Source: Vicugna vicugna
Lineage: Eukaryota
Length of the DNA: 64,000 bases
Direction of reading: 5' to 3'
NCBI GenBank assembly: GCA_013265495.1
Contig: MU057880.1
Coordinates: forward strand, 2,200,527-2,264,526
Position numbers and translations under genes: made by a program. A model generated the notes under the pieces. The model was not told the DNA's origin. It saw only the letters and a list, made by a program, of their open reading frames with translations, and ran no database searches. The stretch's first letter is position 1; the number at the start of each line of letters is the position of its first letter. Of the stretch, positions 11,526 through 24,921 are shown piece after piece.

Positions 11526-14500
11526 GTAGTGGGTGTGAATGTTTTATCAAGCGAGTGAGCAGCATTTCAGTTTAGGAGAAGGATGTGGAGCTGAAATCTA
11601 GTGATGCCTCTTGTGACCAGGGCTTCCTTCACTGTCCCTGAGGCAGGTCTTGGAGCAGACCCCGGCTCCTGGTTCAGGGAGGTGTGGCACAGAACCTGAG
11701 GGCCGACACCTGGGTTCCCAGCAGGTGTGACTGACCCCTTTGGCGATGATTGGGTTACATATTAACTCTCTTTCCGCACTTTTTTGGTTCACTCTTTCAG
11801 CACAAATAGAGGGGCTATTTCTGGGTTTACTTTCTTCAACCAGATAAAGTCAGTATTATACCTGCCTGGAGATCCAAGAGCTAAACCTAAGTGCATTCAT
11901 TCATAAACCTTTTTAAATATTGCCCTTAGAAATGGAGATGGTAGAAAAGGTGGGGAGGAAATTAACACAGACTCCTGATCAAAACAAGACTTTTTGGTGT
12001 ATTAAAAAAGTTCCTCATAGTAAATTAAATTAGCATCATGTTACTAAGTAAGTAGCCCCTCCTCACTCTTTATTCATACATTGTGTAGAACTTTGAGCTA
12101 TTTTTAAGCCAAATCCTATACTAGAAATGTCCTGACCATGCATCACGTGCTTGTTAAATGTTACCATAAAATACTCTTCTTGAAGTGTGTATGGAACAAT
12201 TTTCAAAGGAGAGAAGATTCTAAAACCAAAGGAAAACACCTTGTACCACCTGAGAGTTTTCTGTTCAACAGATGTAGTCAAAAAAAATAATAAACTCCTA
12301 TAAATGTAGTGTTTAAAACTTACACAAAGATACGTTCCAGTGTAAGTATAAACTATAACTCTGAATAAATATCTCCACTTCAGTTTAAGAGAATGGTTCG
12401 CATAGCGAGCATCTGGGTGGTCCCGGGTTTCCTGGGACTTGGGCCTCCTTGGGAGGCAGGGCCAATGGTAACAGCTGGCATTTGTCCATTGTCCTAGCCT
12501 CGGGTGTCCAGATGTAATCCATGGTCAAGGTGTGATGGGCTGCCAGGGAACCTGGGGCTGTGATTCCTGGATGGTGAGGAAAGGTTATCCCCCTGCCCCT
12601 CCCCGCAGCCAGCCTGCCCGGCGACTGTCCCTTGTTCCAAGGCACATGCACTGAACAATGGGGGTGAATGTGATCCCAGGAGACTTCAGCCTCCATAGAT
12701 CTTTGCCTGTAACCGAAGCCTTCTTCCTGGTAGAAATAGCACACTCCTGTCCCGGTGCTGAGAGCTCTCCCAATGAACTTTTATTGTGGCTGGGCAGTTA
12801 TCTTTTCAGAAGCTCCTCAGTATTCCAGGGTAGGAACCCCAAATGCTGGTAACAGGAAATCTGTGCCAGTTTACCCATCACATGAAGGTGTTCCTGGGGT
12901 CTCGGGGAGCTGGGTCGTACCTCTGGTTTCAGGTTTTGCAGATCAGGACTCTGACACTGTCACGTCCTCTGCTTTCACAATTCTTGTCAGTGTCGTCTAC
13001 AGAGAACCACCCGGCTGTGCCCCACACTTCGCTGCCCACCCTCCCTCCCCAGCTGGTAGGGAGCAGGGGAAGGTGAAATGCCATTATGGGATCACTGGGC
13101 AGGGACGTTAGCACCAGTCATAAAGGGGGAAGGGTGAGGCTGAATTTCACGTGTGCTCAACATATAAACCTAGATCCTACACTGTGGCCTTTGTGACAAG
13201 GAGTCTCAGCTTTATAATGGGATTTCATTTTTGTTTACAACTCTGTAACAATTGCAGTGACACCTTATTTTTAAAAAATGCCTTTTAAGGTCATGTCAAC
13301 AATTCATTCCTTACCTGATTGCCTCTCAGTTCAAAAATTAATAACAGAACTTCCTATTTTGCAGATCAGGCTCAAATGCTTTATTGCCTTCACCCATCCA
13401 CCTCTGCTATTTAAGCCTCAGCTTTTCTGAACTCCTTTCAATTCCCCCAATTTGATGATTTTTGCATGAATTTGAACACACTCTTCCCACTGCCTGAAAT
13501 TCTTTTTCCAAGCGTCTCCCTGGAAAAGTCATACAGCAGTAAGGGTGACCTTAAGAGAATTTTGTTTTTTTCTTTAAAACCTGCTTCTGAACAAGATTAT
13601 TTCTTAACATGTGGTTTTAAGTAACATTTACATCCAGCGCATGTAAGATACCCAGTATTTTCACAGAGGCACGCAGGTGAGGCAAAAATATAAAATGTGC
13701 CCTTTGGAGGTTAGAAATGTGAGTCTAATGACAAATTAATCCAGTGAGTAGCTCAGTTCATTTGGTTTCCATCCAGACTCAAAAAGCAACCCACTTGGTG
13801 TTCTAGCGTCTGGCATATTACCATCTGTGAACTGAGGGTTTTTTCAACATTCTACTTGGGTGGCCCCCCGAGCAGGACCCTGCGAGTTCGAGCCTGTCAA
13901 CACAGATATCTTGAAAGGGCCATTTGAAAGGAGGAGAGGTGGCTTGATGTGAAACCAAGTATTTAAAAGCGTTATCAACTGTGCCCAGGACCCATAAGTC
14001 ACTGGAGGGTAAATAACCGGGGATGATTTTTCATTCTGCTCTGTGTGAAGGCTGAGCACGAGTGCGCTCTTTTTTCTTTCCCCCTTAAGCTGACCTGTGT
14101 TAACCCTTGTGGAACAGTAAATCATTCGCTGAAGGAGGAGGAGGAAGAGGACCCATTTTTGTCTCTTTGGGTCATTCTTTTGTATTCTGGTGCTTTCTGG
14201 GAGGCTGGAAGAATAGAAATTACATGTGCAGATGCCACGGGGCAGAGCCAGTTTTGTTTTTTAGCTGGAGGGTAGTTTTATATTTTATTGCCCTTTTCTT
14301 TGCTATGAAAAATCGATATTTTACAAACTATAAAAGTTATTTTTATGAGATGTCCGTACTTTCCTCCTGTTAATTTCCTTTTTCTCTTCTTCCTTCCGCA
14401 GTTGGCATCTTACCTAGATGGCTTGGGACAGAGAATATGTTATATTTTCATAATTTCTAAGTGCTGAGCAGGCAATGATAGTTTTCTTTGGGAGTGCACA

Positions 14501-16289
14501 GAGATGTAAATATTGGATTAGCACTTTATTAACAGTCTTTTTTCCAAACCGGTTGATGGGTGTGTATGTTGTACCTTCTTGCTCAGTGTCATTTGCACAC
14601 TTTTTTTTTATCTCAGGGGTTCCAGATCGTTAATGGTCTCAGATGCTGGGTCTGTGCAGGGCTGGCACCGCCTCTCTGTTATTTCCAGCTGACCCCCTGC
14701 GATGCTCCTCGGGCACTCATTTATTGCAACTGTTTCGACTCCTTTCTTTTTGAAAGAGGTCACGCACAGTCATCGAATTTACCATTTCTCTGCCCGTTGT
14801 GCTTTCTGTTTGCTGTTTGGTTTGGCGTTCCTGTCTGCGTAATCGTGTATTGTTATCATGACAGCCCTCTTGAGACCCACCGTGGAGATAAACACTCGGT
14901 CCTTCAGTGATTATAAACTTTATTCTGACAACAAGCAGTACAAGAAAATGTGGCATCTCGGGTACACAGTGTTTTTCACAAAGTCCTTTATGGCTAAATT
15001 TGTGTTTTTAGGAGCTGTGTACTCAGAAGTCTTTAAACACCACCATAAAAGGCTGTTTTGCATGATCTCAAAGAATGGCAGAAACCGAGCTGAAGGGTGT
15101 AAAGGGCAGGCTGTCTGGAGACCAGTGTGGAGCGTGGAACTGTCCGCGTGTCCACCCGTCTGCTCCGTCAGCCTCTTCACAGCAGTGAGTCCCTGTACTT
15201 GACTGTCCTGAGCCTGCTTCATCTTCGTACGCAGCCCAGGTCTGCTCTTTCCCTGTACCCTGACCAGTAATTAGTAACCCTGCCTTACAGATCCAACTTT
15301 ATACATGCATTTCCAGTCTTTAAAGATAAAAATCAGATAGGCAGATAGATGGAAAAGGTGCTGTTAAATTATCTATATTGTGGGAAAAATTTAACCAAAA
15401 TGGACAATGTAAGTGAGAAGTGCACTTCCAGGTCATAATGACGGTTCACAGTGCATTAGTACCACGGAAGTAATATTCTTGAAAATGGAAGTGCACTGAA
15501 ATTATGGCTTCTGAAATATTTTTCTTAAACTCAACCAGGTACATTTTTGGCACATAAGAAGTGAATTGTCTCCTCACATAGGCTACTTTAGAAATGAATT
15601 GAGTAAATGTGGTGTTCTAGAAATACTCACCACCTCGCCCCTTCATCTAGTTTATCATCCAGCAAATTCAGCTACTTAATGAACTCTAGAATTTTACTCC
15701 CTCCAAGGTCCCATGTCTGTGGTTCTGTCCTGTAAATCACAAACTTTTGAAACGCATCCACTTTTGAAGTGTTTACAGTGCAAGTTCCACAAGTTTGAAA
15801 AGGCGTTAAGCCTCAGCTTTAATGCTGTTTTCTGCTCAAAACCGTTTATGATTTTCCCAGGTGGAGGTAATCCCTTTCTCCTGAGTTTTCATGGTCCTTT
15901 TTTCTGTACCTCTTAGGACAGTTACTGTGGTCAGTCTTTAAGCTTGAAGTGTTTGCAAATCTTAGCTTTTAAAAAGGAGGATTAATACCTATTTTTAATT
16001 TCCTACAGTTCTCAGCATAATGCCTTAAGTCTATTTTATATTCAATAAATATTGAATGAATGAATGAAATAATGAGTTGGCTGTGATAACTGAGGTACCT
16101 TTTACTGGTCCAGTAAAAGGCTATTGACATGAAATTATTACTTGCAGTGTAAAAGTCTGTCTTTGGAACCATTTCTTCCTTATCTGTAATCTGAGGGGAC
16201 ATCATCTCGTCTCTTGCCTTTGATGCTGCATGTGTCTAGATGACTTTCTTATGTCCGTCTGTAGTTCCAATGTCTCTCTGATCCAAACT

Positions 16290-16560
16290 TGTATTATTTA
16301 CCTGTCTGCAGGTATCACGTAGGCATCTTAACTTGATTGAAATGAGCCCTTCATTTTCCCCCCACAAATGTGCTCCTCCCCTAGTCTTCCTTCTGGTGGA
16401 AATCCCACTGCCCCCGCCATGGACAGAGTTGCTGGTGAAGAAGGAGGAAGGGTTCTGATTCATCCTCTCCCTTCTGTGCCCACATCTCTCTCTTCACATC
16501 CACCCCTCCCTACAGCCACGTCCTCATTTTCTGCTTCCTCTCAGACCTCCCTGTTCATGT
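16290..16560 (+). mobile_element. L2 LINE fragment
   Basis: taggcatcttaactt...ccccacaaatgtgctcctcccctagtcttcc. Confidence 0.55.
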
Positions 16561-16779
16561 GCACTGGAGTCCCCTTCTGGAAATGCACAAGCCTGTGCTC
16601 CCCCCACCCCAGGGTCCCCCAGGCATTTACTTTGGCTTCCAGAGCTCCCGTGGTCTGACTTGTCACTAGTCTCCCACTCTCCTCCTGACATTCCGTCCAG
16701 GGGACCTTCCATAAGCACACCACGCTTGCCCTGTACTAGCAAGGCCTTCTGTCAGGAAATCTTTTGCCCTGGGTCCTTC

Positions 16780-17257
16780 TGTCTGCTTAGATGCCAGCAC
16801 AGGTGCCTCCTGGTCCTGCAGGGGCACCTGTCCACGCTGCCTGCACACCTGCAGCCCCACCCCCCCCAATCTCACTGCCTGCATGCTGTCTCTTCCCCAG
16901 TGAGCCTCCCTTTACTGCCCAGAATGGATGCTTTCTCCTCCATCAGCTCTCAACCAATGATTGGCAGAATTTGGTGTATCAATACCCCAGCTCCCCATCA
17001 CACAGGATTGGGAAAGTCAGAAACATGTGTGTTCACAGGGTCCCAGCATTTACCCAGATAATTAGCATCAGGGCTGAAGTGGTGTTGCTCACAGTGGTCG
17101 CTGTCCAGATACGCTGTCCTGATATCTCTTGGCTACTTGATTTCCCAGTCTCAGCCCCCCCCCCCAACTACTGATTTTTCTTTCTCCTCCCAGATAAACA
17201 TTTTACACCTAAATCCTTGCCCCCCGGTCTGCTTCTCGGGATATCAGAACTAAGACA
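16780..17257 (+). mobile_element. ERVL LTR (LTR16-like)
   Basis: caaccaatgattggcagaatttggtgtatcaataccccagctcc...ccagataaaca...aaatccttg...gtctgcttct...aactaagaca terminus. 5' boundary approximate. Confidence 0.65.
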
Positions 17258-18927
17258 CCTGTGACCCCTAGGGGATCCACCTGTCTGTGTCACATGGCAG
17301 CATTTTAATTCTCTGCGAAGCGCATATCATCGTCTGATATTTTTCTCATTACTTCAGATAAAATCTATTAAAAATTGTTTTTCTTCCTAATGGGATTTTT
17401 AAGAGCAGGGTATTTTTCTCAGGTCAGTATACCCAGCAACTGAGGGAAGCCCTGTGTATCACAGGCACTTGGTCAATGATTGACAAAAGAACAGGTAATG
17501 AGTTTACGCAGGGAAAAAAAAAAGCCCAAATTCAAGAATGCAGAGTGCAGGTTAAAACTGTTCATCTGTTCCTGAATAGACACTTGACTGCAGGCTAATG
17601 AAGTTGGAAACTTTTATATGACCCAGCTCTGCAGAGACAAAAAAATGGCTGTTCACTTGGCCCACGATTACTGAGAGCCTCCTCTTTGCATCTGAGGCTA
17701 GGATGCATGGCTGGGCCGGCATATTAAGCAGGACCTTGAAATAATAATATTTCAACTGCTCTAATTCTGCATGGGGCAGGGCAACATTTCTTTTTAGGAA
17801 TAGGCACCAGCCGTTCCACACTGGACATCTTTTCTTTCATTTTCCCTCCCCGACCACGCAGCTGCGTGTCTTCCTAATGGCCTATCTAACCCTCCTCCCC
17901 GAACCCCCCAACTTTTCTGTCTTAGCTGCTTTTCGGTCCTGTATGGTCTCCCGATCATGAACTGCAGAATTACAGGACCTGACCTTTCAAAACATCTCTT
18001 TGTCCCCTGTTCCTGGCATATATTAGTAAACGATGAATAAATATTTGCTGACTGATTAGACGCTGTGTCTTTTGGAATATGGGTTTATGTGTTGCATGAT
18101 TTTTCCTTTTTTGAGAATGATACACATCATTTTAAAAGGAATGACTCACCATCGTTGGTCATTCTCATGACATTGAATGGAATTCGGAAAAAGAATCTCT
18201 GCTTTTATATTTCGTTTCAAAAGACAGCTTGAAAAAATGGCTTTGAGTTTTCTTGGAAACGACTTCTTTGTTTATTTACAAATTAATTGCTTTCCCCACC
18301 ACTTCCCTTTAGTGCTGGTAATTAAAAGTATTTAGAAATAATTAGTAACCACATCCAGTCCTGATTTCTTAAGTCTATTCATTGAATAAATTGAATAGCA
18401 CGGTTATTTTCTCTTTATTGTTCTTGAGCTGGTTTTCTTAGCTGTATTTTGGAAGGCTCACAGAGCATCCATAGATTTGAAATATTCTTCATTTGGGTCT
18501 AACTGGTGTATCGCTAGGTCTCGCTGTTTTAAATAGTTTCCTATAATTGTAGCAGAATGTGAGATGCAGACATAATGAATTAATAATTATATTTCATTAT
18601 GAATACATGTTAATTTTTCTCATACATTTTAATTTTATATGAAGAAGAAATTAATTACTCTGTAATTCTTTTGGCCAAAATAATTACTTCAAAAAACAAC
18701 AGAGTGAACATATTTTGGGATATTTTAAACAAAGGTTTGACGGTGCCAGAACAGGTAACAATGGCTTGGAATTTCATGTCTAATGTAAAATATTGCTACA
18801 ATCCTTAAGTCACTCTCGGGGCTTTTATCTGTAAAAAGCTAGGAAATTCAAAGCTTAATTTGACACTTCATCAATAACAAACGCCTCTCTTGTGAACTGA
18901 CTTTGCCATGATTAAGAAAAATAAAAT

Positions 18928-19030
18928 GGATAGGGCTCACTATGGGAGACACTATTTAGAGTCAGAATACATTTAATGTCCTTTTCTTTTTCCTTCAGAG
19001 CACGGATAGGGCTCACTATGGGAGACACTA
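18928..19030. repeat. Templated insertion: 27-bp direct duplication flanking a 46-bp copy of 19453-19498
   Basis: ggatagggctcactatgggagacacta at 18928-18954 and 19004-19030. The segment 18956-19001 is identical to 19453-19498. Confidence 0.95.
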
Positions 19031-19050
19031 CCAGTTACTCCTCTTACACA

Positions 19051-19197
19051 TTTATTTTTATTTATTTGTTTATTTATTTTTGGCGGGGGGAGGTAATTAG
19101 CCTTACTTATTTATTCTTTGAGGAGGTACTGGAGATAGAACCCAGGACCTCGTGCATGTTAAGCACGTGCTCTGCTGCTGAGCTGTACCCTCCCCCC
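19051..19197 (-). mobile_element. vic-1-like SINE
   Basis: ggggggaggtaattag...gaggaggtactggagatagaacccaggacctcgtgcatgttaagcac...gagctgtaccctcccc. Confidence 0.9.
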
Positions 19198-19374
19198 ACT
19201 TATATGTTTATTGAGTATGTTATTTGTTACTTTTGTGGGAAATTACTGGCATGGGGTTAATATGGTATGTCTGAATTTTTTAATTTTTTATAAGAGTACT
19301 GTGATTAAGTTAACAGAATGAAAACTGCTGATGGTATTATAATAATTTATTACAGCTCTGTCTAATATTTTTAG

Positions 19375-19555
19375 TTCCTTGACTCTAAGATGCACTTTAT
19401 TTTACTTTTTTTTTTTTTTACAGAATTTCCATTGCTGCAGTTGCAGTAGACCTTAGAGTCAGAATACATTTAATGTCCTTTTCTTTTTCCTTCAGAGCTG
19501 TTGTTGAATCAATGATGCATCTTAAAGTCAATGACATTTTAGGCACATTAATTAC
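19375..19555 (+). mobile_element. TcMar-Tc2 MITE (MER104-like)
   Basis: Inverted ends gactctaagatgca / tgcatcttaaagtc, with internal catttaatgt...ttttctttttcc as in the recalled MER104 consensus. Confidence 0.55.
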
Positions 19556-19892
19556 ATATAAAGAGTAACCCTTTCAAAGTTGAAGTATATTAAAGTAAAT
19601 CCTACATATTTGATGTAGAAAAGACCTTAAGGTGTCCAATAGCTGCCTAGTTCACAATCATTTATTTTACTGATAAGGCAGCTGAGGTTCAGAGAAATTA
19701 AAAACTGATGGAAAGTCAAATAGCTAATACATTCATGAGTCGAGTAAGAGACCAGTAAAGATGCTGGTAATCCAGCGCGTTGGAAAGGGCTTGGGGGAAC
19801 TCTCATTTCAGTGCTGGTGGAAGAGAAAGCAGCGATACCATTTCTTACACACCAGCTTCTATTAATGTGCTGGGACTACAGCTGTGGCCTGA

Positions 19893-20085
19893 TGGTGCAG
19901 ACAAACATGGTAGCCACCAGCCACAGCGGGGTATGTAAGTTTAAAGCAAAGTAAACTTAAATGAAAACAGAAGTTCACTTCCTCACTTGCTGTAGTCACT
20001 TTGAAGTCGGCAGCCACATATGGCTAGTGTATTAGACAGTAAAGATGTCCCTAGCATCCTAGGAAGTGCTAATGGATGGAATGCT
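19893..20085 (-). mobile_element. hAT-Charlie MITE (MER3/MER33-like)
   Basis: atggtagccaccagccaca...cagccacatatggctagtg...ttagacag. Confidence 0.7.
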
Positions 20086-20154
20086 TCATTGGTACCCTTA
20101 GGCAGTCACCTTTAAAGCTGAAGAGCCACCTAAGACATGTTCTTATTATGACTT

Positions 20155-20581
20155 AATGCCATTTACAGCAACATGGATGGACCTAGAGATGATCATACTA
20201 AGTGAAGTAAACCAGACAGAGAAAGACAAATGTTACATGATGTCGCTCATATGTGGAATCTAAAGAATAAGGTGCAAATTTTATTTACAAACCAGAAATA
20301 GACTCTTGGTCATAGAAAACGAACTGTGGTTACCAAGGGGGAAAGGTTGGGAGGGATAAATTAGGAGTTTGGGATTAACAGGTACAAATTACTGCATATA
20401 AAATAGATAAACAACAAAGACCTATTGTAGAGCACAGGGAATTATATTCAACATCTTATAATAACCTCTAATGGAAAAGAAGCTGAAAGAATATATATAT
20501 GTGTATATATGTGTATGACAATCGCCATGTTTTACACTAGAAACTAACATTGTAAATCGACTGCACGTCAATGAAAAATAA
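20155..20581 (+). mobile_element. L1 3' end, 5'-truncated
   Basis: atgccatttacagcaacatggatggacctagagat...gtagagcacagggaattatattcaa...aacattgtaaatcgact. Confidence 0.9.
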
Positions 20582-20888
20582 GTGATGTACTGATCATCTG
20601 CATCCTCTTGTATCCTAACCCTCCCCCGCCTGGTGAGCTTTCCCCCATGTGGTACCTGCACTTGTCTTCTAGGTTTCATCTTCTGTGTCACTGTTGTCGC
20701 CACCTGCCTACCTGCCGGTCCGTTTGAAGTTGTCCCTCAGTGGCCTTACTCCTTTCAAAGCTCTTCTCAGTCTGGAATGTCTTTAACTCGGGAATATTTT
20801 GTGATCATCTGTGATGTGCCAGGCCTTGTTCCCGGCCCTGGGAATGGAGAGCTGAGGCTCAGAGGTGGAGTCCCTGATAGAGCTGATA

Positions 20889-21802
20889 CATGGCCAACAG
20901 GCATATGAAAAAATGCTCTGTGTTGCTAATTATCAGAGAAATGCTAATCAAAACTACAACGAGGTATCATCTCACATTGGTCAGAATGGCCATCATTCAA
21001 AAGTCTACAAACGATAAATGCTGGGGAGGCTGTGGAGAAAAGTTAACCCTCCTACACTGTGGGTGGGAATGTAGTTTAGTGCCGCCATTATGGAAAACAG
21101 GAGGGAGATTCCTCAAAAAACTAGAGTTACCATATGATCCAGCAATCCCACTCCTGGGCATTTATCTGGAGGGAACTCTAATTTAAAAAGACACAGGCAC
21201 CCCATTGTTCACAGCAGCACTATTTACAATAGCCAAGACATGGAAACAACCTAAATGTCCATCGACAGATGACTGGGTAAACAATAGGTGGTATATTTAA
21301 ATATGGAATACTATTCAGCCATAAAGAAGAATAAAATAATGCCATTTGCAGCAAGATGGTTGGACCTGGAGATCGTCATTTTAAATGAAGTAAGTCAGAC
21401 AGAGAAAGAAAAATACCATATGGTATTGCTCACATGTGGAATCTAAAAAAAAAAAAAGACACAAATGGACTTATTTACAAAACAAAAAAAGACTCACAGA
21501 CATAGAAAACAAATTTAGGTTTACCAGAGGGGAAAGTGGGGGAAGGATAAATTAGAGGAGTTTGGGATTAGCAGATACACACCACTATATACAAAATAGA
21601 TGAACAACAAGGTCCTCCTGTATAGCACAGGGAACTATATTCAATATCTTGTAATAACCTGTAATGAAAAAGAATATGAAAAGGAATGTGTGTATGTGTA
21701 TGCATGACTGGGACATTGTGCTGGACACCAGAAATTGACACATTATAACTGACTATACTTCAATTAAAAAAATGCAAAACTACCAAATATAAAAATAAAA
21801 AA
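20889..21802 (+). mobile_element. L1 3' ~0.9 kb including decayed ORF2 C-terminus
   Basis: ORF 20890-21186 ([10 protein letters not shown]...[11 protein letters not shown]...HCGWEC...[11 protein letters not shown]) is the L1 ORF2 cysteine-rich domain. A full 3' UTR and A-rich tail follow. Confidence 0.95.
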
Positions 21803-22582
21803 TACCCCCTGCCCCCCCCCCAAAAACACACACAGGGTGAAAAAAAGAAGCCTTCAGAGCTTGGCAGCCCCAGTGGGTGAAGCGGAGGCAGAGGCAGGGA
21901 GCAGAGACCCTCCTGGGCTCAGCTCCCTCTGCACCCACCAGCCCCCGCCCACTGATGACGGCAGGCTCACTGCCACTCCAGCTGGAGGTCAGGGTGCGAG
22001 GTCTTACTCTCCAGCACCTATTGCTCTGAACGCCTGGGTGCAGCTTGACTCTTGGTCCCCAGTCCTTCCCTCCAGCATCCTGCCTTCGGTGGATCTGCTC
22101 ACACCCGGGGGCAGCTCCCTCCGTGACCTGCATGGAGACTGGGAAGGAAGGCAGTCCGCCCGGCATGGGAAGAAAACGACTCCAACTGCTTAGGTACTTG
22201 GAAACCTCTTGGCTGCTCCTTTCACAGAGGCTGTCTTACTGGTGGTCTTGCTCCTTCCCCGGATCCCAGTCGTGTTCTTACTGCTTGAGCGGCCCCCTCT
22301 CTACTGCGACTCGTCTTCTGTCTCCAGTGCTGTCTGCCGAAAGTTACAAACTCGTGATTTTGGTTTTGCAGAGAAATTTAACTTTCACTGTGCCACCTCT
22401 AGGCTGCAACTTACAATGGGAGGCATTACACTCCTCTGAAGAGAAGTGCCATCTACCAGGCCATGCACTTGTAGAACCAGAAAAAAAGGAGAAAAGGGTT
22501 TCCAGTTACAATTTTCACTTAAGTTGGGCCAGAGAAAATTCTTAGGCAGACCTGTTCCCGACCCAGGGGACAAACTGCAGAG

Positions 22583-22607
22583 GTGTGTGTGTGTGTGTGT
22601 GTGTGTG
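22583..22607. repeat. (GT)12 microsatellite
   Basis: Perfect gt run. Confidence 0.95.
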
Positions 22608-22774
22608 AGTTTCCCTTCCTTTGAGGATTTTCCAGAGCAGAATTTATATTTTCTCAAAATACACACACTCCCTCAGATCATTGGATTTTTCTTTTAACTG
22701 GATCAGTCTGCTGGTTTAAGCTAATTTAAAAATTATCTTGAAAACGAAGACTTTTTCTTGAGGTCGTGCTGGAC

Positions 22775-22975
22775 TTTGGAGACAGTGTAGAACTGGGAGG
22801 CGGACTCCTCTGCATTCAAACCTTTGTCTGCCAGTTTTCGTTGTTTGATCTGTGGTCTCAGTGGTTTCCATCTGTGGGAATGACAGCAATGTCCATCTCT
22901 TGGAATTGTTTAAGGCATTAAGTGAGACAGTGTCTAGGCCATACCCTGTTTCCTGGGTAATGCACCTCTTGGATG
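22775..22975 (+). mobile_element. MIR SINE (degenerate)
   Basis: ctcagtggtttccatctgtgggaatg...ttgtttaaggcattaagtgaga is the MIR core. Confidence 0.55.
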
Positions 22976-23040
22976 TATTAAAAGATCAAAACCAAGAAAT
23001 TGACCATAGGTTTATATGTTTTATACATATATATATATAT

Positions 23041-23140
23041 TTATTGAAATCTAGTCAGTTTGCAATGTTGTGTCAGTTTCTGGTGTATAGCATTGTGTTT
23101 CAGTCAGACATGAACATACATATATTCATTTTCATCATAA
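23041..23140 (-). mobile_element. Short L1 3' tail
   Basis: ttattgaaatctagtcagtttgcaatgttgtgtcagtttctggtgtatagcat, preceded by (TA)n. Confidence 0.8.
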
Positions 23141-23596
23141 TAAGAAGAGTTCTGTGTTTAGAGAGTTAAGATATTTTGAAATTCCAGTGGAGTTTCATAT
23201 AGGTAATCCTGTCCAAACGAATACTGTCCTGGTATATTCCAGTGACTCGGGAAGTCACAGCTGATGGAACCCTGCTCGGGCAGGTAACGTCTCCGTGCTG
23301 GTTGTCCCCGGGGGGCTGATGACACGTCCTGGGCAGCCCCCTCTCTGGCCCTCTTGTCCTCTCCTCATCCCCTCCCCCTGGGGACAAAGCCCACTTACGC
23401 AGCTGTGTGAGAGTGATTATAGTCTGATAAGTGGAACCTGGGGAGAGAGGAAGACACAGAGGAACAGACTAGGATGCTCTCGAGGAAATGGGGCTGGGCT
23501 GTCCTTTGGGCTGTCTGGTTTCCTTCTCTGGAGTAACTCCCTCTTTCAGTCTGGAGTTTCAGAAAACTTTTAAGTAAGGTCTTTGGTCTGCTCCAT

Positions 23597-23785
23597 TTTC
23601 TTTCTTTTTGTTGAAGTCTAGACAGTTTACAATGTTGTGTCAGTTTCTGGTGCACAGCATCATGTTTCAGTCACACATGTGCCTACATGTATTCATTTTC
23701 ATATTCTTTTTCATTATAGGTGACTACAAGATATTGAACATAGTTCCCTGTGCTGTACAGTATAAACTTGTGGTTTATCTGTTCC
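23597..23785 (-). mobile_element. Short L1 3' tail
   Basis: ttgaagtctagacagtttacaatgttgtg...atagttccctgtgctgtacag. Confidence 0.85.
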
Positions 23786-24824
23786 ATTTTCCATACCAAC
23801 AAATTCTCTGCTCAGATTGAGATTATAAAGTTTGGGGTCATTTAGGAAAGTTAGGGATTACCTGTATGTAGAAACCAGGACATGTGTATCTCTGTAATGA
23901 ACTGTTAGCTTCCCTTTCTAATTTATAGTGAGATCAGTGAGAAAATGTGATCTGTAAGGCCAGCCTGCTTTGAAGGATAACGCTTTGCTTCACTTTTTTC
24001 AGACACCCTGATACAAACACTTTTTGAACTGTACACTTTATATTCTTCATTCACAAGCTGATGTGTGTCAGACTGAATGCATATTTGGAAACAAGTGAGT
24101 GTCTTTATAGCCCTGAAAAGAGGGTACTTGGTAAACAGCACTGGAAGTATGCTGGTCTTTAGAAAGCACGTGGTATAATCGCTTTGCTTTTTGTTGGTGT
24201 CTTTATTACCCTAAACCTTAACACAATACTAGAAACCATTGTAAACTATACATTCAAAGAAAGGTCTTTTTAAGAAATTTGATAATACCTTTTTTGATAA
24301 CTTCATGAATTTTACCTTTCAACGATATTCAGTAAAACAAATTAGTGTAGCAACACTCAACCCTGTCTAGGGGACGGGTCCTATAGTCACAGCCTTTTAA
24401 ATTCCTGTTTTCACCTTTAATTTTCCTAAATGGAATATAGGCTCTTTTTAACTCCGTATGTGTAGCAGTATTAAAATTATTACGATTTCTTACAGTAAAT
24501 TCCCCCAAAATAGTTATTCCTAAGGAGAAACAATAGTTCAACCAAATTTTAAAAGTGCCAGTAAGGCAAAAATCATGAAATGTATTCAATTATGAGTTAA
24601 AGATGATGTGGTGGAAGTGATTTATTTAGCAATGTCAAGTTTGTGAAGATGAAAGCTAAATGCATTTAAGCACACATTTAAAATTTAAACAGGCTTCTTT
24701 TCTCATGAATGAAATTTAATTAGATTTGAAACAAACTTCTTCTGAATGTTGGAAGAGACAAATGATGTTAAGTGTGGATCTACTTGAGAAACTGATGAAA
24801 ACAAAAAAGCATTTTTTTTTACAG

Positions 24825-24921
24825 TTCTTGTAAAATTATTTTCTCCTATTGTGAAAGCTTGAAAGCTAAAGACTCCACATATCAGCAAAATATTCCACCG
24901 AATATAACTCATGCAAAGTAG
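24825..24921 (+). other. Candidate 97-nt internal exon (unverified)
   Basis: Branch-like ctgat (24792-24796), T9-acag acceptor ending at 24824, and AG|GTGAGT donor at 24922, in non-repeat sequence. Confidence 0.25.

Noticed and set aside
12385..13115. GC-richer block with overlapping ORFs, possibly ERV internal sequence
   Set aside because: No recognisable gag/pol/env motifs, and I could not assign a family.
14360..14460. Strong polypyrimidine tract with ccgcag acceptor at 14401
   Set aside because: No convincing downstream donor or reading frame. Isolated acceptors are common in introns.
18928..19030. 27-bp direct repeats with a 49-bp spacer resembling a CRISPR unit
   Set aside because: Eukaryotic context, only two repeats, no cas genes, and the spacer is a local genomic copy.
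20890..21186. ORFs with a real protein signature (also 41137-41478, 37196-37630, 32913-33098, 9343-9573)
   Set aside because: These are decayed L1 ORF2 C-terminal fragments with stops and truncations, not functional genes.
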